Part shown: positions 41,138 to 54,055 of the stretch, one piece after another
How the letters are laid out: every line of letters begins with the position of its first letter
Numbering within the stretch: position 1 is the stretch's first letter
Assembly: GCA_951406725.2 (NCBI GenBank)
Contig: OX597821.1
Location: forward strand, 41,230,001-41,294,000
From: Octopus vulgaris
Lineage: Eukaryota
DNA: 64,000 nucleotides
Reading direction: 5' to 3'
Translations under genes and position numbers: made by a program
The notes under the pieces: generated by a model
Databases searched by the model: none
What the model was told of the DNA's origin: nothing
The model's input: the letters and a program-made list of their open reading frames with translations, nothing else

Positions 41138-41691
41138 GCCCTGATGCAGTACCAGGCGGTGGCTCTCATGGCTTCTGATCTTAACTGATTGGAAGTGTTA
41201 TCATGTACATTGTTTTGTCTTGGTATAAAAGATGGGCTACAGCAAATATTCTGCTCAATACCACAGATTTGCTTCTCAGTTGTTTGACCTTAACCAGTTG
41301 AGCATGTCCCTTAGTGGCTGACGATATGTGCATCTCTGATCACGAGCAGAAGTAGTGGGGGAGCATCATAGCCATGTGTTGAGAGGGATTCTTTGGGGTT
41401 TGAATGGTTCACTTCTGGAAACATGGGTGGTTCTTTCAACATCCTTAAACAACCCTTATTCAGGGACCGTTTGAGCAGGATGGGCTACTCAACCTGAAGA
41501 AAATTCTAACTGGGCCCCACCTGCAAGGTCATGTGCTGTTTATCTTGATAAGAGATCACCATGGCGCGCACATATGGTTGTGATGCATGTGCCTGGTGTA
41601 CCTTTATCAGACGGGTAGTCATGATGGGTATATTGGGCTTCATATATTTTACCCCAGTGTCACTTTGATGGCATGAACTGCTCTCTCACTC
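39545..41691 (+). mobile_element. Head-to-tail array of three (AAT)n-embedded elements (39545-39970, 40041-40562, 41137-41691)
   Basis: Highly similar units with variable 5' truncation, the same 3' end (ctcactc-(aat)n), and (AAT)n between units. Confidence 0.92.
40592..41032 (+). mobile_element. R4/Dong-like restriction-like endonuclease 3' fragment
   Basis: KILWDFPVQMDK, RPDITIMD, KEEE, FEIGRIWRMRTVKVVFIIIGAL, LLQKVCHLGTVRIIRRVL; bounded by (AAT)n. Confidence 0.85.
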
Positions 41692-41701
41692 AATAATAAT
41701 A

Positions 41702-41745
<44 letters not shown>

Positions 41746-41749
41746 AATA

Positions 41750-41799
<50 letters not shown>

Positions 41800-42035
41800 C
41801 CAAGAAAGTTAGAGGTTGTGAATCCAACCAACTAAGGGATAATATCTATCCAATATACTGCTCGTAGAATACCCAATTATTAATACACAAGCAATTTTTA
41901 TTTATGTAAAGCATAATATGTTATATATGTGTGTATATTGTTATAATGGTTTTTTAAAAAAATAAATAAATAGACATAATATAATGTTTAAAAGTTGATG
42001 AATACCACCTTTTGATCCCCTCCATTTTCTTATTG

Positions 42036-42101
<66 letters not shown>

Positions 42102-42161
42102 TTAAACACATACATATACATATAAGAAATGAAAGACGGAAGATGGAATATACGAAAACTC

Positions 42162-42278
42162 ATTATCAATCATGACAATTGTTTCGATACATCTAGCATC
42201 GATCCGTCATGCATGAAACACTTAACAACTGGTTCAGGGGCATCCAGTGGTGCAGATGTATCTCATCAGGTGATAAAT
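42162..42278 (-). ncRNA. Type I hammerhead motif with an extended helix II
   Basis: CTGATGA 42269-42263. Perfect 9-bp helix II GATACATCT/AGATGTATC around an insert of about 60 nt. GAAA 42185-42182. Helix III palindrome ACAATTGT. GUC site 42176-42174. Helix I atca/tgat with a C.A mismatch at the first pair. Confidence 0.7.
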
Positions 42279-42414
42279 AAATACAACTAATTAAAATAAC
42301 AGTTCCACAATGTAACTTCTGGTATTCTAGAAAGAAAAGCAGTCAGACGGAGGAAACATCTTCATTTATATAGAAGATCAAAAATAAAATCACAGATGGA
42401 GAAAAAAATGTATT

Positions 42415-42922
42415 CAGGGTGTCCCAAAATTATATTATTTATCACATTAAATATGTGTTAAAAGTGTATAAATTTTAAATTTTCTTTATAATTTTATAAT
42501 TTGTATAATTTTTTTATAATCTTATTTTCATTCCTGTTGGATGTAGAGAACCTCAACTCTGGCCTCCATATTCTCTGCATCTGACCTGCCACTGGATATC
42601 TTTGCATAAGGTTTTATGAAAGCAAAGGTTCATCACAAAAAGATCAAATGTTTAGCTGAACTTAAAGAATGCATTCAGTTAGCAGTGCTGAAGATAATTC
42701 CTGAAATGGTTTGAATTGTGTTTCATAATGCAAAGAATAGATTTAACATTTGCAGGGTTACGGACAGAGCAGAGGTTGGAAATTTCTAATAAAGTTTTAG
42801 TGTAAGATTTATAAATCTATTTGTTTTGGTATCATAATTAAGTGATAAACATAAAATTCTGTTAGTTTCTTTTAAATTTCCCCAATTTCATTAAAATAGA
42901 CAGTTAATTCAGGGACACCCTG
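42415..42922 (+). mobile_element. Deleted Tc1/mariner-superfamily transposon
   Basis: TIRs cagggtgtccc / gggacaccctg followed by TA; remnant WPPYS..DL..LDIF..GFMKAKVH...LAELKECI. Confidence 0.75.
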
Positions 42923-43039
42923 TACCTATACACATACATACATACATACATACATATATAGATAGATAGATACACACACACACAGATACATACACACAGA
43001 CACACCCATACACACACAGACATGCACACAGACACACAC

Positions 43040-43290
43040 ACATCATCATCATCATTTAGCGTCCGCTTTCCATGCTAGCATGGGTTGGACGGTTCAACTG
43101 GCGTCTTGGAAGCCAGAAGGCTGCACCAGGCCCAGTCTGATCTGGCAGTGTTTCTACAGCTGGATGCCCTTCCTAACGCCAACCACTCGGTGAGTGTAGT
43201 GGGTGTTTTTTACGTGCTACTAGCACAGGTGCCAGACGAGGCTGGCAAACGGCCACGGTCGGATGGGGCTTTTTACGTGCCACCGACACA
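43040..43290 (-). mobile_element. Meta-domain-like SINE
   Basis: (cat)n tail, tttccatgctagcatggg, ctacagctggatgcccttcctaacgccaaccactc. Confidence 0.85.
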
Positions 43291-43634
43291 CACACATATA
43301 TATATTCAAAAAAAGAAAAAGAATGTCTTCATTGCAGTCATTTTTTTTCTTTTTTCAAGTATACCTAACTGTATCAAGGATCTCACGCATTTTCCAATAT
43401 ATATATATATACATACAAACATATACATATATAGAAACATATATATGCTTGTATGCATACATATGTATGTATGTATGTCTATGCGTTGACTTGGCTGTAA
43501 TCCAAAGGCAGGTAAAAGGGAGAGAAAAGGTATGTATCTACACACACACATGCACACACAGATATATATATATATATATGTGTATATGTGTATATGTGTG
43601 TATTAACATATATATATGTATGTATGTATGTATG

Positions 43635-43721
<87 letters not shown>

Positions 43722-43920
43722 TTTATTCAGTGAGAGAGAGAGATGTATGTGAACGTGCATATAATTATGTCTGTGATGGTGTAACAATAGCTGTGTAGTT
43801 TATTTTTCAAGTCCATCCAGCATTTATAGGTTGTTGATTTCCATTCCTGATTGTATACATCTGTTAGAAGTTGACTACATTATTCACATTCTTTTGTTGG
43901 TATTGTCACTCAAGAGAAAA

Positions 43921-43963
43921 TACTAACAATAACAATAACAACAACAATAACAATAACAACAAC

Positions 43964-44006
<43 letters not shown>

Positions 44007-44020
44007 GTAATAATAATAAC

Positions 44021-44065
<45 letters not shown>

Positions 44066-44066
44066 G

Positions 44067-44133
<67 letters not shown>

Positions 44134-44140
44134 TAATAAT
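43921..44140. repeat. (AAT/AAC/GAT)n microsatellite
   Basis: Read directly from the sequence. Confidence 0.95.
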
Positions 44141-44441
44141 GTTGTTGTTGTTGAGAAAAAGCCGGAAGAACGTCTAAGGTGGCCAAAACAAAATATATTA
44201 TCTTTGCTCTTCTGGGACAACTGGCTGTTTGCCTAATGTCACAGTTGCCATAAATAACAATGCATTCACTCAGACACACAGACACACACAGATACACAGA
44301 CACACCCATACACACACACACATGCATACACATACATATATATGTACATATATATATATATATATGTATATATATAGATAGATACACACACACATGCAGA
44401 CACCTTTTTGCTTCCTCTCTTTTTCCACTTTCTTTTTGCAA

Positions 44442-44499
<58 letters not shown>

Positions 44500-44516
44500 C
44501 TAGATAGATAGACATA

Positions 44517-44553
<37 letters not shown>

Positions 44554-44767
44554 TAATCACATACATAACTTGAATATCTTTTTACATGTTCAGAGAAGGA
44601 GAGTGTAGTAGTTTTACATTTTGTGCGTAGTTCTTCTTCAGAACCAGGAAAAACGGCAGAGTCCAAGATGAATGAGGAACAATATCACCAAAAATCAAGT
44701 GTGGTTACATTCTTACACACACACACACACCCACACACACGCACACACACACACACACACACACACG

Positions 44768-44809
<42 letters not shown>

Positions 44810-45039
44810 TACTCACACACCTACACGTATTAGCACAAGTATGGCTTTGTGGTAAAAAGTTTACTTTGCTTGTTACTGGCTCTAGGTTCAGTTCCACTAC
44901 ACAGCATTTTGGCCAATAAGTTTTTTTGTTATAGCCCCAAGTCTATCGGAGCTTTCTCTGTGGACTTAATAGAGGGAAATTTAAAGAAGCCCATTGTATG
45001 TGTGTTTGTGTGTGTACGTGCCCATGTGTGTTGCGTATT

Positions 45040-45521
45040 CAGCCCACTTATGTATACTGTTCCTTCTTGTGACACAAACTCTACTTGTGAAGACCTGTTG
45101 AGGCAAGTGAAAATCAAATCAAAATTGAAATCGAAATCTTTCAACATCAATGGAAATTGTAGCTGAGATACCAGTGCCGGTAAGAGAACCGTCCGAATGT
45201 GGCCATTGCCAGCACCGCACCGACTGCCAGTGGCACGTAAAAAGCACCATCCGATTGTGGCCGTTGCCAGCCTCGTCTGGCCCCCATGCCGGTGGCACGT
45301 AAAAAGCATCATCCGATCATGGCCGTTTGCCAGCCTCATCTGGCACCTGTGCAGGTGGCACATAAAAAGCACCCACTACATTCTCGGAGTGGTTGGCGTT
45401 AGGAAGAGCATCCAGCTGTAGAAACACTGCCAGATCAGACTGGGCCTGGCGCAGCCACCTGGCTTCCCAGACCCCAGTTGAACCGTCCAATCCATGCTAG
45501 CATGGAAAACAGACGTTAAAC

Positions 45522-45560
<39 letters not shown>
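45040..45560 (+). mobile_element. Meta-domain-like SINE with three internal repeats of about 60 bp
   Basis: Repeated gtggcac(g/a)taaaaagca units, Meta-like core and (GAT)n tail. Confidence 0.85.
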
Positions 45561-45565
<5 letters not shown>

Positions 45566-46306
45566 CTTTCTCTTTATTTATTGATCTACGAGGGTGATGT
45601 TTTCATGTCCCCTATCAATAGATCATTCCTTTGTGTTGTACTTTCATAAATGTGTGGAATAAGATATCTTGTCCTGAAAGAACAAGAGGAGTGGGAAAGC
45701 AAGAGGAGTGGGAGAGCAAGAGAGAGGGAGAGCAAGAGAGGGAGGGTCAGTGCTCAAGAATAAGTACAAAAACAGTTGCAAGAATGGATCTGTATAATTC
45801 ACAGTTCTACTACAGTCCAGGTCTTGTAAGAGTGGTTTGACAAAATCTTTCCAGACAGAAACACATCAGACGGCTTGTACTTCCTTGCTTGTCAGATTTG
45901 ACCTTCCGCCTAATTAAACACCCCTACCAGATCCTTAGGTGGCTTTAATATTCATTAAATTTTCGTTTTGTTGCAAGCCCTTTTTTAATGCTTCTCACTA
46001 ATCTCAGAAATCCTGGGAAACGTTATGAGAGTAGCTGCTGCTGCCTTCTTCTGACTTAGCTATTCAATATAAAAGCCGGAACCTTCTGCTATGAAATCTG
46101 TCCTGCTATAGACAATCATAATTTGAGTAATAGACAGGACATATTCCACTCTGCCTCTCTTGTTGGTCAGTCCATTTCTACAGACCAATCCATTCTGGTG
46201 ACAATGACAACAAAGAAAGATAAAATTCAAAGACTGACAAAGCAAACAAAACATGTCTAAAATTCATGCAACAATTACTGTTCAGCATTAAGGTATTAAA
46301 GTTGAG

Positions 46307-46540
46307 GGCAGCGAGCTGGCAGAAACGTTAGCACGCCAGGTGAAATGCTTAGTAGTATTTCGTCTGCCGCCACATTCTGAGTTCAAATTCCGCCAAGGTC
46401 AACTTTGCCTTTCATCCTTTCGGGGTCGATTAAATAAGTACCAGTTACGCACTGGGGTTGATATAATCGACTTAATCCATTTGTCTGTCCTTGTTTGTTC
46501 CTTCTATGTTTAGCCCCTTGTGGGTAGTAAAGAAATAGGT
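46307..46540 (+). mobile_element. Deu/Nin-type SINE with a 16-bp TSD
   Basis: aggtattaaagttgag at 46291-46306 and 46537-46552. Confidence 0.9.
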
Positions 46541-48617
46541 ATTAAAGTTGAGTATGTCGTCTGGTGAGATTGCTGGTTGTATGTATATGTTTATTTTGCT
46601 AATAGAGTCCATGTTGCTGGTTTTTGTCTTGAACGCATGAACTTATGCAGCGTTTCAGTGTCATTTGTAGTATCTGTGTACTAAATACAGACTTTTATGT
46701 GCTTTGTCTTGTCCTGCTTTGTCAGAGTATAATTGGAGTTTGAAGTATCCATGGGAGAATTCGAGCATTGCTTTCCCTATTATTGTCATGCGAATGCTGT
46801 CATGATGACATCTTGTTTTCAGGTCCATAAACGCAGTTTTAGGCAATTAGTATTATATTGCTGTATGTTTAGATTTTTGTGCTTTTTATTTTTTACAGGA
46901 TGTAAATTGGTTATTTCATTGCTGTTTATTAAGCATGTCAAGCACTGGAATTCTTGAAAGCTTGTTATATTATTCTCAATAATGACCATATTAATGTTGA
47001 GTTTACATGTTTCTTTTTCTTACAGCATTAAATCTTACACAGAAGAACCATGAAGAAAGTAACATGCAGAATAAAGAAAGGCAGTGAGTAATTAAATATT
47101 TTTAGTGCTGAACCATGAACCTATAAAACTGCTTCAACTCCTCTCCAGTTTCTTGAATTATCTTAGCCAAATAGGATTACCCACAGGCCTTCTCTTCAAT
47201 TCAATAACAAACAATAAAAAAGTTCTCTGGCTTACTGTTACTACAAATTGGTAAAATTGGTTCTTAATGACCAACGCCAAGCAACATTGAAATTCTTTAG
47301 TACTTAGGATCGGTCACAGAGGGGAAACAAAAATGCTACAAGAGGCTTCATTTAAAAACATTCAGTTCTACAGAGTTGAAGAAAACTTCCAATTAGAAAA
47401 GTTCATGAACCTGGTTTGATTGTTAGCTAGAAATATTTCCTTTCCTCTATATTACAAATACCTTTGGGCTAAAGTTAAGTATTATAATTCTCTATTTCTT
47501 TTCTGCTAAAAGTCAGGATTTTGGTTTCTGTAAGAAACAATATCAATTGATAGATAAACCATTCTTCTCCTACAAGATAAGCCGCTAATGCAAATCAGAT
47601 TTATAACTATATCATCGTAACAACATTACTTTAAATGGAATTATATTTAACATTAATATTAATCAGCAAATATAGGCACTAACTATGATATACACGGTCT
47701 CAAAAAGAAAGAATTATTCTTTAATGATCGACTGTGATCATTAAAGAATAGTTATTTGATTTTTGTTTTGGTTTTGTAAAGATGTTTAGAAATATCTCCA
47801 CAAAGAATACCATTCTTATTGGCAATTTTAACATTATAATTGACAAGAAAGCTAACTTCTAAATCAGTGATATTTGACTTTTTATTAATTTTATTTCTAT
47901 TTTTAAGATGACTCTCTAATTGGCTTACTTTGGTGATAACATCAAAAATAATTTTTGGTGCATAGATTCCCTTTCATAATTTAAGTACTGGGAGTGAATC
48001 AGATAATTCCAGTAGCTTGCTCTGACAACCTAGTGAAATGCCACTGACATCAGTTTAGTACAACAAACAATAATAACAAACACACTTTATATGAAAATAT
48101 TAAAACCTGAAAACTATATTTTCATCTCGTGAACATCTCAACAGCTGAAGGCTAAGCTTTACAGATCATTCAGCAAATAAAAATGCAGAAGTCATGATTT
48201 TAAATGACTACAGAGTGCATGCGTGTGTGTATGTGTGTGTGTGTGTGTGTGTAAGAGAATGAGGAGAAAGGGGAATAAATCTAAATATAGACACAGAGAC
48301 CAAGTATGCAGCAACAACAACAACAACATATTTTGATTCAGAGATAAACAACAATAAACTAAAACACTGTTTGACTGATAAACAGATGAGCAAATGCAGA
48401 ATGTAAACAGTTTGTCAGCATCATCATCATCATCATCATCAGCTGTAGCAACATCATCATCATCATCATCATAATGAGCAGTAGCAGCAGCAGTGACAGA
48501 AAAGTGTAAAAATATTGCAAAAATAATTCTATCCAGAAACATATCAAAGCAATTATAATGACGAAAAAATATATTAAGAAGACAGATAATTAAAAATAAG
48601 ATTAATTAAAAATCAGC

Positions 48618-48846
48618 TGAAGAAAATCTATTAAATATTGTTGCCTTTTTTTAAATGGAATAGAGAAACACATTTTGTGGGAAGAACCTAAAACGAGCAG
48701 AGAAAAGAGAATTATGGAATGGAACAGGGATTGAAGAAAATCTATTAAATATTGTTGCCTTTTTTAAGTGGAATAGAGAAACACATTTTGTGGGAAGAAC
48801 CTAAAACGAGCAGAGAAAAGAGAATTATGGAACGGAACAGGGATTG
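48618..48846. repeat. Tandem duplication, 114-bp period
   Basis: tgaagaaaatctattaaatattgttgcc...ggaacagggattg occurs twice. Confidence 0.95.
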
Positions 48847-49659
48847 TTGAAATTGCCAAACCTTGGGAAAAATAAGAGGAGATTCTGTTTTATGTTTTTA
48901 ATGAGAAAGGAAAGAAACGCCCTTTGCAGGGCCATCGAAACTAGGGGTAGGAAGCTGGGAGGGAAAGGTGGAGTCAAGAACCTGGCAGAAATGCTTGTAA
49001 CAGAAAGGACTCTGTTAAAAGTGTCAGATGGTGTTAAACTGGAAGATGGATGAAGTCCACCACACATGTTGGCTGTGGTGAGATTTGAACTCAGAATGCA
49101 AAGTGCTGGAACAAATACCACAAGGCATCCAATCCAACATTTCTGAAATTCTAGTCATCCACCACCTTGGAGTGTTACGTTTTTTATCAGCCCTGAAAGG
49201 ATGAATGACAATGTTAGCCCCAGCAGGATTTGAACTCAGAGCATCAGGTATCAGAACTATTACAAGCAGGATTGACATGGTGGTAGGAATTATATGTGCT
49301 ATGGTTTTACTTGCACTTGATCTTTTCTTCTTGTCATGATTAACATGGGTCATCCATGTTGTGAGTCTGGTTGTCATAGTGTGATTAGAGACGACATGTG
49401 GCTGACTCAGTATTCTGCAATTACAGCCAAAAACCAAAGAAGTTCTACAAAATCGAATCACATTATGACTTGATGCTGATTGATTGCTTAATAGACCAAT
49501 CACATGGAATTTACTGTGGCTTGCTCATAATATCTGCCTGTCTACCTGTCAGTTTGGGTTCAAATCCCCTCTACAGAACAACTTCGAAGTGTTATTCAGT
49601 TTCATGTTTTAACAACTCTGCTAGTCTGCTGTTGCATCAGTACATCTGAAAAATATTTT

Positions 49660-50010
49660 TTTTCTTCTCTAGGCACAAGGCCCGAAATTTTGGTGGAGTG
49701 GGGGCCAGTCAGTTAGATCGACCCCAGTACACAACCCAAAAGGATGAAAAGCAAAGTTGACCTTGGTGGAATTTGAACTCAGAACGTAAAGACAGACAAA
49801 ATACCTATTTCTTTACTACCCACAAGGTGCTAAACACAAAGAGGACAAACAAGGACAGACAAACGGATTAAGTCGATTATATTGGCCCCAGTGCGTAACT
49901 GGTACTTATTTAATTGACCCCAAAAGGATGAAAGGCAAAGTCGACCTCAGCGGAATTTGAACTCAGAACGTAAAGACAGACAAAATACTGCTAAGCATTT
50001 CGCTTGGCAC
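49660..50010 (-). mobile_element. Deu/Nin-type SINE dimer
   Basis: Two aggatgaaa..caaagt..acct...gaactcagaacgtaaagacag units joined at atacctatttcttt. Confidence 0.85.
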
Positions 50011-50363
50011 ATCTGCAAAATATTGCAGCGAATATGATTCAATGAAATCATACCAGCAATTGCTCTCTGCTGCAGGTTAAGGCCTTTCCTTATTTCTCCA
50101 TATTGTTTGACCTTCAGCACCAAATCTCTGATTTTGTCAAATCTTTTCATTTCATACTCTTACCTTGTCTGTTGTCATCTGTTTATTTTCCTAACACTCA
50201 AATCCACACACTACTCGTCACATGTCTTCTCAATGTCTCTATCCCAAATCCATTTCAATAATCCTACCAGCTTAGCACATCGTTTGCTTTTGTCTGTTTT
50301 GCACATCCATTTCATTGTCTTACAGTCTTTTGTTTTATCTTCATAACTGAACCAATAAAAGAG

Positions 50364-50935
50364 TGGTGGCACGTAGCTTAGTGGTTAGGGTGTCAGCACC
50401 ATGATCGTAAGATTGTGGTTTCGATTCCTGGACCAGGCGACACATTGTGTTCTTGAGCAAAACATTTCATTTCATGTTGCTCCAGTCCACTCTACTGGCA
50501 AAAATGAGTAACGCTGTGATGGACTGGCGTCCCATCCTGCTGGGGAACACATACGCCATAGAACCCAGGAAACCGGGCCCATGAGCCTGGCTAGGCTTTA
50601 AAAGGGTGCATTTATTTTTAGAGGCACATGGGCTAGTGATTAGAGCAGCGGACTCACGGTCGAGGGATCACAGGTTCAAATCTCAGACCGGATGATGTGC
50701 ATGTTTATGAGCGAAACACCTAAGCTCCACATGGCTCTGGCAGAAGGTAATGGCGAAACTTCTGCTGACTCTTTTGCCACAACTTTCTCTCACTCTTTCC
50801 TCCTGCCTCTTACAGCTCACCTGCGATGGACCGGCATCCCGTCCAGGTGGGGAACCTATACGCCAAGAAACCGGGAAACTGGCCCTTCTGAACCAGGCAT
50901 GGCTCGAGAAGGAACAAACAAAACCAACAACAAAA
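50364..50935 (+). mobile_element. Two adjacent tRNA-derived SINEs with V-domain-like cores
   Basis: A/B-box heads (tagcttagtggttag...gtttcgattcc; gctagtgattagagc...ggttcaaatctc) and ctg(c/t)gatggac.ggc.tccc.tcc segments. Confidence 0.75.
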
Positions 50936-51757
50936 GAGCTTCCACATAATTACTTGAATTGCTAACAATAGCAGGTGAAACCCCTTCAAATCACACCCTA
51001 TCATCTTGAAAATATAAAGGCTGTAACGGATCCTATGCTTTTGGGTCATAATCCCAATCAGTCCAGCAAGCCTATAACTTTTAGGCCTAATCAGTTAGAG
51101 TTAATCTTCAACAACAACAACACGCTAACAATGGACGACTAGAAACCAGCCTAAGATTCTTTTGTCAAAGATCAAAAAGCTGTAAGTTAAGTTATAGCTT
51201 CACCGATGTGTTATTCTCAATGGACAGGAGCATTTTAATCAGGAGGGTTGAAAAGCTGTCCACATAAAAACACCTAGAAAGGGAAACAAGCATGTTATTC
51301 AAAAAACTTGTAAAACACATCAATACCCATAAAAATTGAAGGCCATGGAAAATTGGTTAATTTATTTTTGTCCAAAAGCATTGTTCCATGCTTCCACTGC
51401 ACTGTGGAGTGCAGTTTTATGCATTTTAGCAGCTTCATGTGATGTTTTGTATTAGTTTTGAATTTTCTTTGTACATTTAAAGTACAAAATACGCGTGCAG
51501 TACCTAATTGTAGTATTTTATCAATGTTGTGTGTATGTGTGTCTGTTGTGTTCATGTCTGAGTATATTTCGATGTGTTTTGGGATTTTTGTCTTCATGGA
51601 ACCAATTATTAAAGGGGATTATTTCTCTTTTCAATCACAGCATTTTGTGCTACATCTCTCTCTCGTTCTCTCTCTCTCTCTGGATTTTTATGTTTATATT
51701 TCTCCATCTTTTTTTCATTCTTTCTTTCAGCAACAGCAACAGCTGCAGCTGTAGTGA

Positions 51758-52090
51758 AGGCACAATGGCCCAATGGTTAGGGCAGCAGACTCGCAGTCGG
51801 AGGATCACGGTTTCGATTCCCAGACCGGGCATTGTGTGTGTTTATTGAGCGAAACCACCTAAAGCTCCACGAGGCTCCAGCAGGGGGTGGTTGCGACCCC
51901 TGTTGTACTCTTTTGCTCCAACTTTCTCTCACTCTTTCTTCCTGTTTCTTGTCCCTGACTTCCTATGCAACGCTGAGCCTGGATGCGCATTCATCCATCT
52001 GTCGATGCTCTCGGTGTCGGGAGTTGACCTGCTTTCTCTTCTGTGGGTCTTACAAATAGCAAAGGACCATGTTTCAGACTTCTCTCACTC
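51758..52090 (+). mobile_element. tRNA-derived SINE related to the 50620 copy
   Basis: ggcacaatggcccaatggttagggcagcagactcgc...gtttcgattcccagacc...gagcgaaaccacctaaagctccac...caactttctctcactcttt. Confidence 0.75.
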
Positions 52091-52923
52091 TGGGACGAAG
52101 ACCACTTCGCTCAACAGCAACAGCTGCAGCAGTAAGTAACAGCAGTGAGAAGCCACATCCCTCTACCACCATTGCAGAAAAAACAAAAGCAGGTTCTACT
52201 TGAAGAATGCTCCAAAATTTACCTGGTAACTATTCAGAACTTGTACAAGTCAATTCGTTGCTGTGATTGTCACCAAAGGTGAACAAACTTCATACTGAAT
52301 ATTAAAATTTCCCTTTAACAATCGGGTGGAAACACCCAGATCTTTGTAGGAATTTGTAGTTGTATTTGTAGGAATATTGTAGTTGATTTCAGGGTTAACA
52401 ACCAGCATAGATTGACTGAGAGTGCAAAGATGGTTAAGGCATGATTGTGGAGTTAAAATGTTCATTTTGAACTAAGTGTATTGAGGGTCACCCTCATTGT
52501 GTGGTCACTGTCAGCTAACATTCTCTACATAGCTATTGGTTGACCAATATCTCATGCCAGATGGAAATTGGAAGCCCACCATGTGTGTGTGTGTGTGCAC
52601 GACTGAATGTGTATTATCTTGCCTTGACATCAGTACATTGAATGCTCACAATGTCTCACTGAAAAGATGTCTCTTGTTTGCAGTCTTCCACAAAAAACAT
52701 GTGTATACTGATTGAAAACAAATCTTTGCTGGTCTTAGGGACAGTGAGAGTATCATTTGTTTGCAGTAATCTGTCTGGATGATTTGTTGTTTAATATCTA
52801 ACTTGGAAACAAATGATTGTTGGTGACAGTAGAGGCATCTGACCAGAGAAAATTTTTGTCATGACAAAATCTTTGCTGATTCATGCAAATGCATGGAGAA
52901 GCAGACTCTCAAACAATGATATA

Positions 52924-53352
52924 CAGGGTGCAGTGAATAAACTGTCATCTAAATTATGCAAAAATGAAAATAACACTGACATCTCATTTTAAAAGATATA
53001 TTTACCAAAATTGCATAAAAAATCTTGTAATACTAAAGAGTAAATTTATTCAATAAAATCGCCATTGGCTTCAACCACAGCCTCCAGACAACTTTGGAAT
53101 CTTCTGCAGTTCAGTGTTACAAGAAGTTTTGTTGGTCTCTCGCTCAACTGCACCTCACACATAATAATCAAGGTGGTTGCAGTCTGGGGAGTTTGGTGGC
53201 CAGATATTAAGGGTGATGTGGTTGCAGAAATTGTCCGACAGCCATGACTGGGTTCTCCTGCTTGTGTGGCATGGTGAAGAGCCCTGTTGCCAGACATAGG
53301 GTCTTCCAACAGACGGCCTCTTGACCCAGGGCAGCACTACCTCTTCTAGAAT
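52924..53352 (-). mobile_element. maT/DD37D-type Tc1-mariner transposase 3' fragment
   Basis: VLPWV...YVWQQ(G)SSPCHTS...WPPNSPDCNHLDYYV has 37-residue spacing, followed by EAVVEANGDFIE; terminus TA-cagggtg. Confidence 0.85.
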
Positions 53353-53366
53353 GATATATATATATA

Positions 53367-53553
53367 GTGAGAGTTCATGAAAAAAACAAAAGTCGAAGAC
53401 AGGTAGTGTACAAAACAAACAGATGTATTAGTATAATGCTCAGGAAAGTCTTTTACGTTTCGAGCCTACGCTCTTCTACAGAAAGGGCCACAGTAAAAAA
53501 CAAGGAGAGAAAAAATGTGTGTAGTGGCTACCAATCTATCATGGTGACTCATG

Positions 53554-53555
<2 letters not shown>
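53367..53555 (-). mobile_element. Copy of the (TA)n-associated family with the best-preserved variant hammerhead
   Basis: cttt-CTGTAGA(53481-75)-a-gagc gtag gctc-GAAA(53461-58)-CG-TA-aaag; (TA)n on both sides. Confidence 0.7.
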
Positions 53556-53624
<69 letters not shown>

Positions 53625-53625
<1 letters not shown>

Positions 53626-53925
53626 CTGTTCCAGTTGATCCAATCAATGGAACAGCCTGCTCATGAAGTTACAGTGCAAGTGGCTAAGTGCTTCACAAAC
53701 ATGTGTACACTTACTGTAGTTCTTAGGGAAAGTCAGCAAAACACAGGATGTGACAAGGCTGGCTCTTTTGAATTACAGGTACAGCTCACTTTTGCCAGCT
53801 GAGTGGACTGGAGCAATGTGAAATCAAGTGTCTTGCTCAAGGACACAATGTGCTATCATGCATCAAACTCATGGCCTTATGACCACAAGCCAAATGCCCT
53901 GACCACTAAACCATGCGCTTTCACA
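53625..53925 (-). mobile_element. tRNA-derived SINE with a CORE-like segment (different tail family)
   Basis: Minus strand gcgcatggtttagtggtcagggc head and tgtgtccttgagcaagacactt...gctccagtccactcagctggcaaaa. Confidence 0.75.
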
Positions 53926-54009
53926 TACACACACACACATACACACAAACTTATACACATATTTCTGCATCTTCTGTATTTAAACTCTCTTGTGGCCAAC
54001 AAGAAAAAA

Positions 54010-54055
<46 letters not shown>

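Noticed and set aside
44608-44646. Minus-strand CTGAAGA...AAAA-TG-TA motif
   Set aside because: G12 and helix II are lost; too decayed to call.
45190-45375. Regularly spaced short repeats resembling a CRISPR array (also 28920-29100)
   Set aside because: These are internal SINE tandem repeats with related spacers in eukaryotic DNA.
47715-47750. 15-bp-arm AT-rich hairpin
   Set aside because: It is real but short, with no supporting context for function.
50364-50440. tRNA-like sequence (also at 50620, 51758 and other SINE heads)
   Set aside because: It continues into a SINE body and forms no complete cloverleaf.
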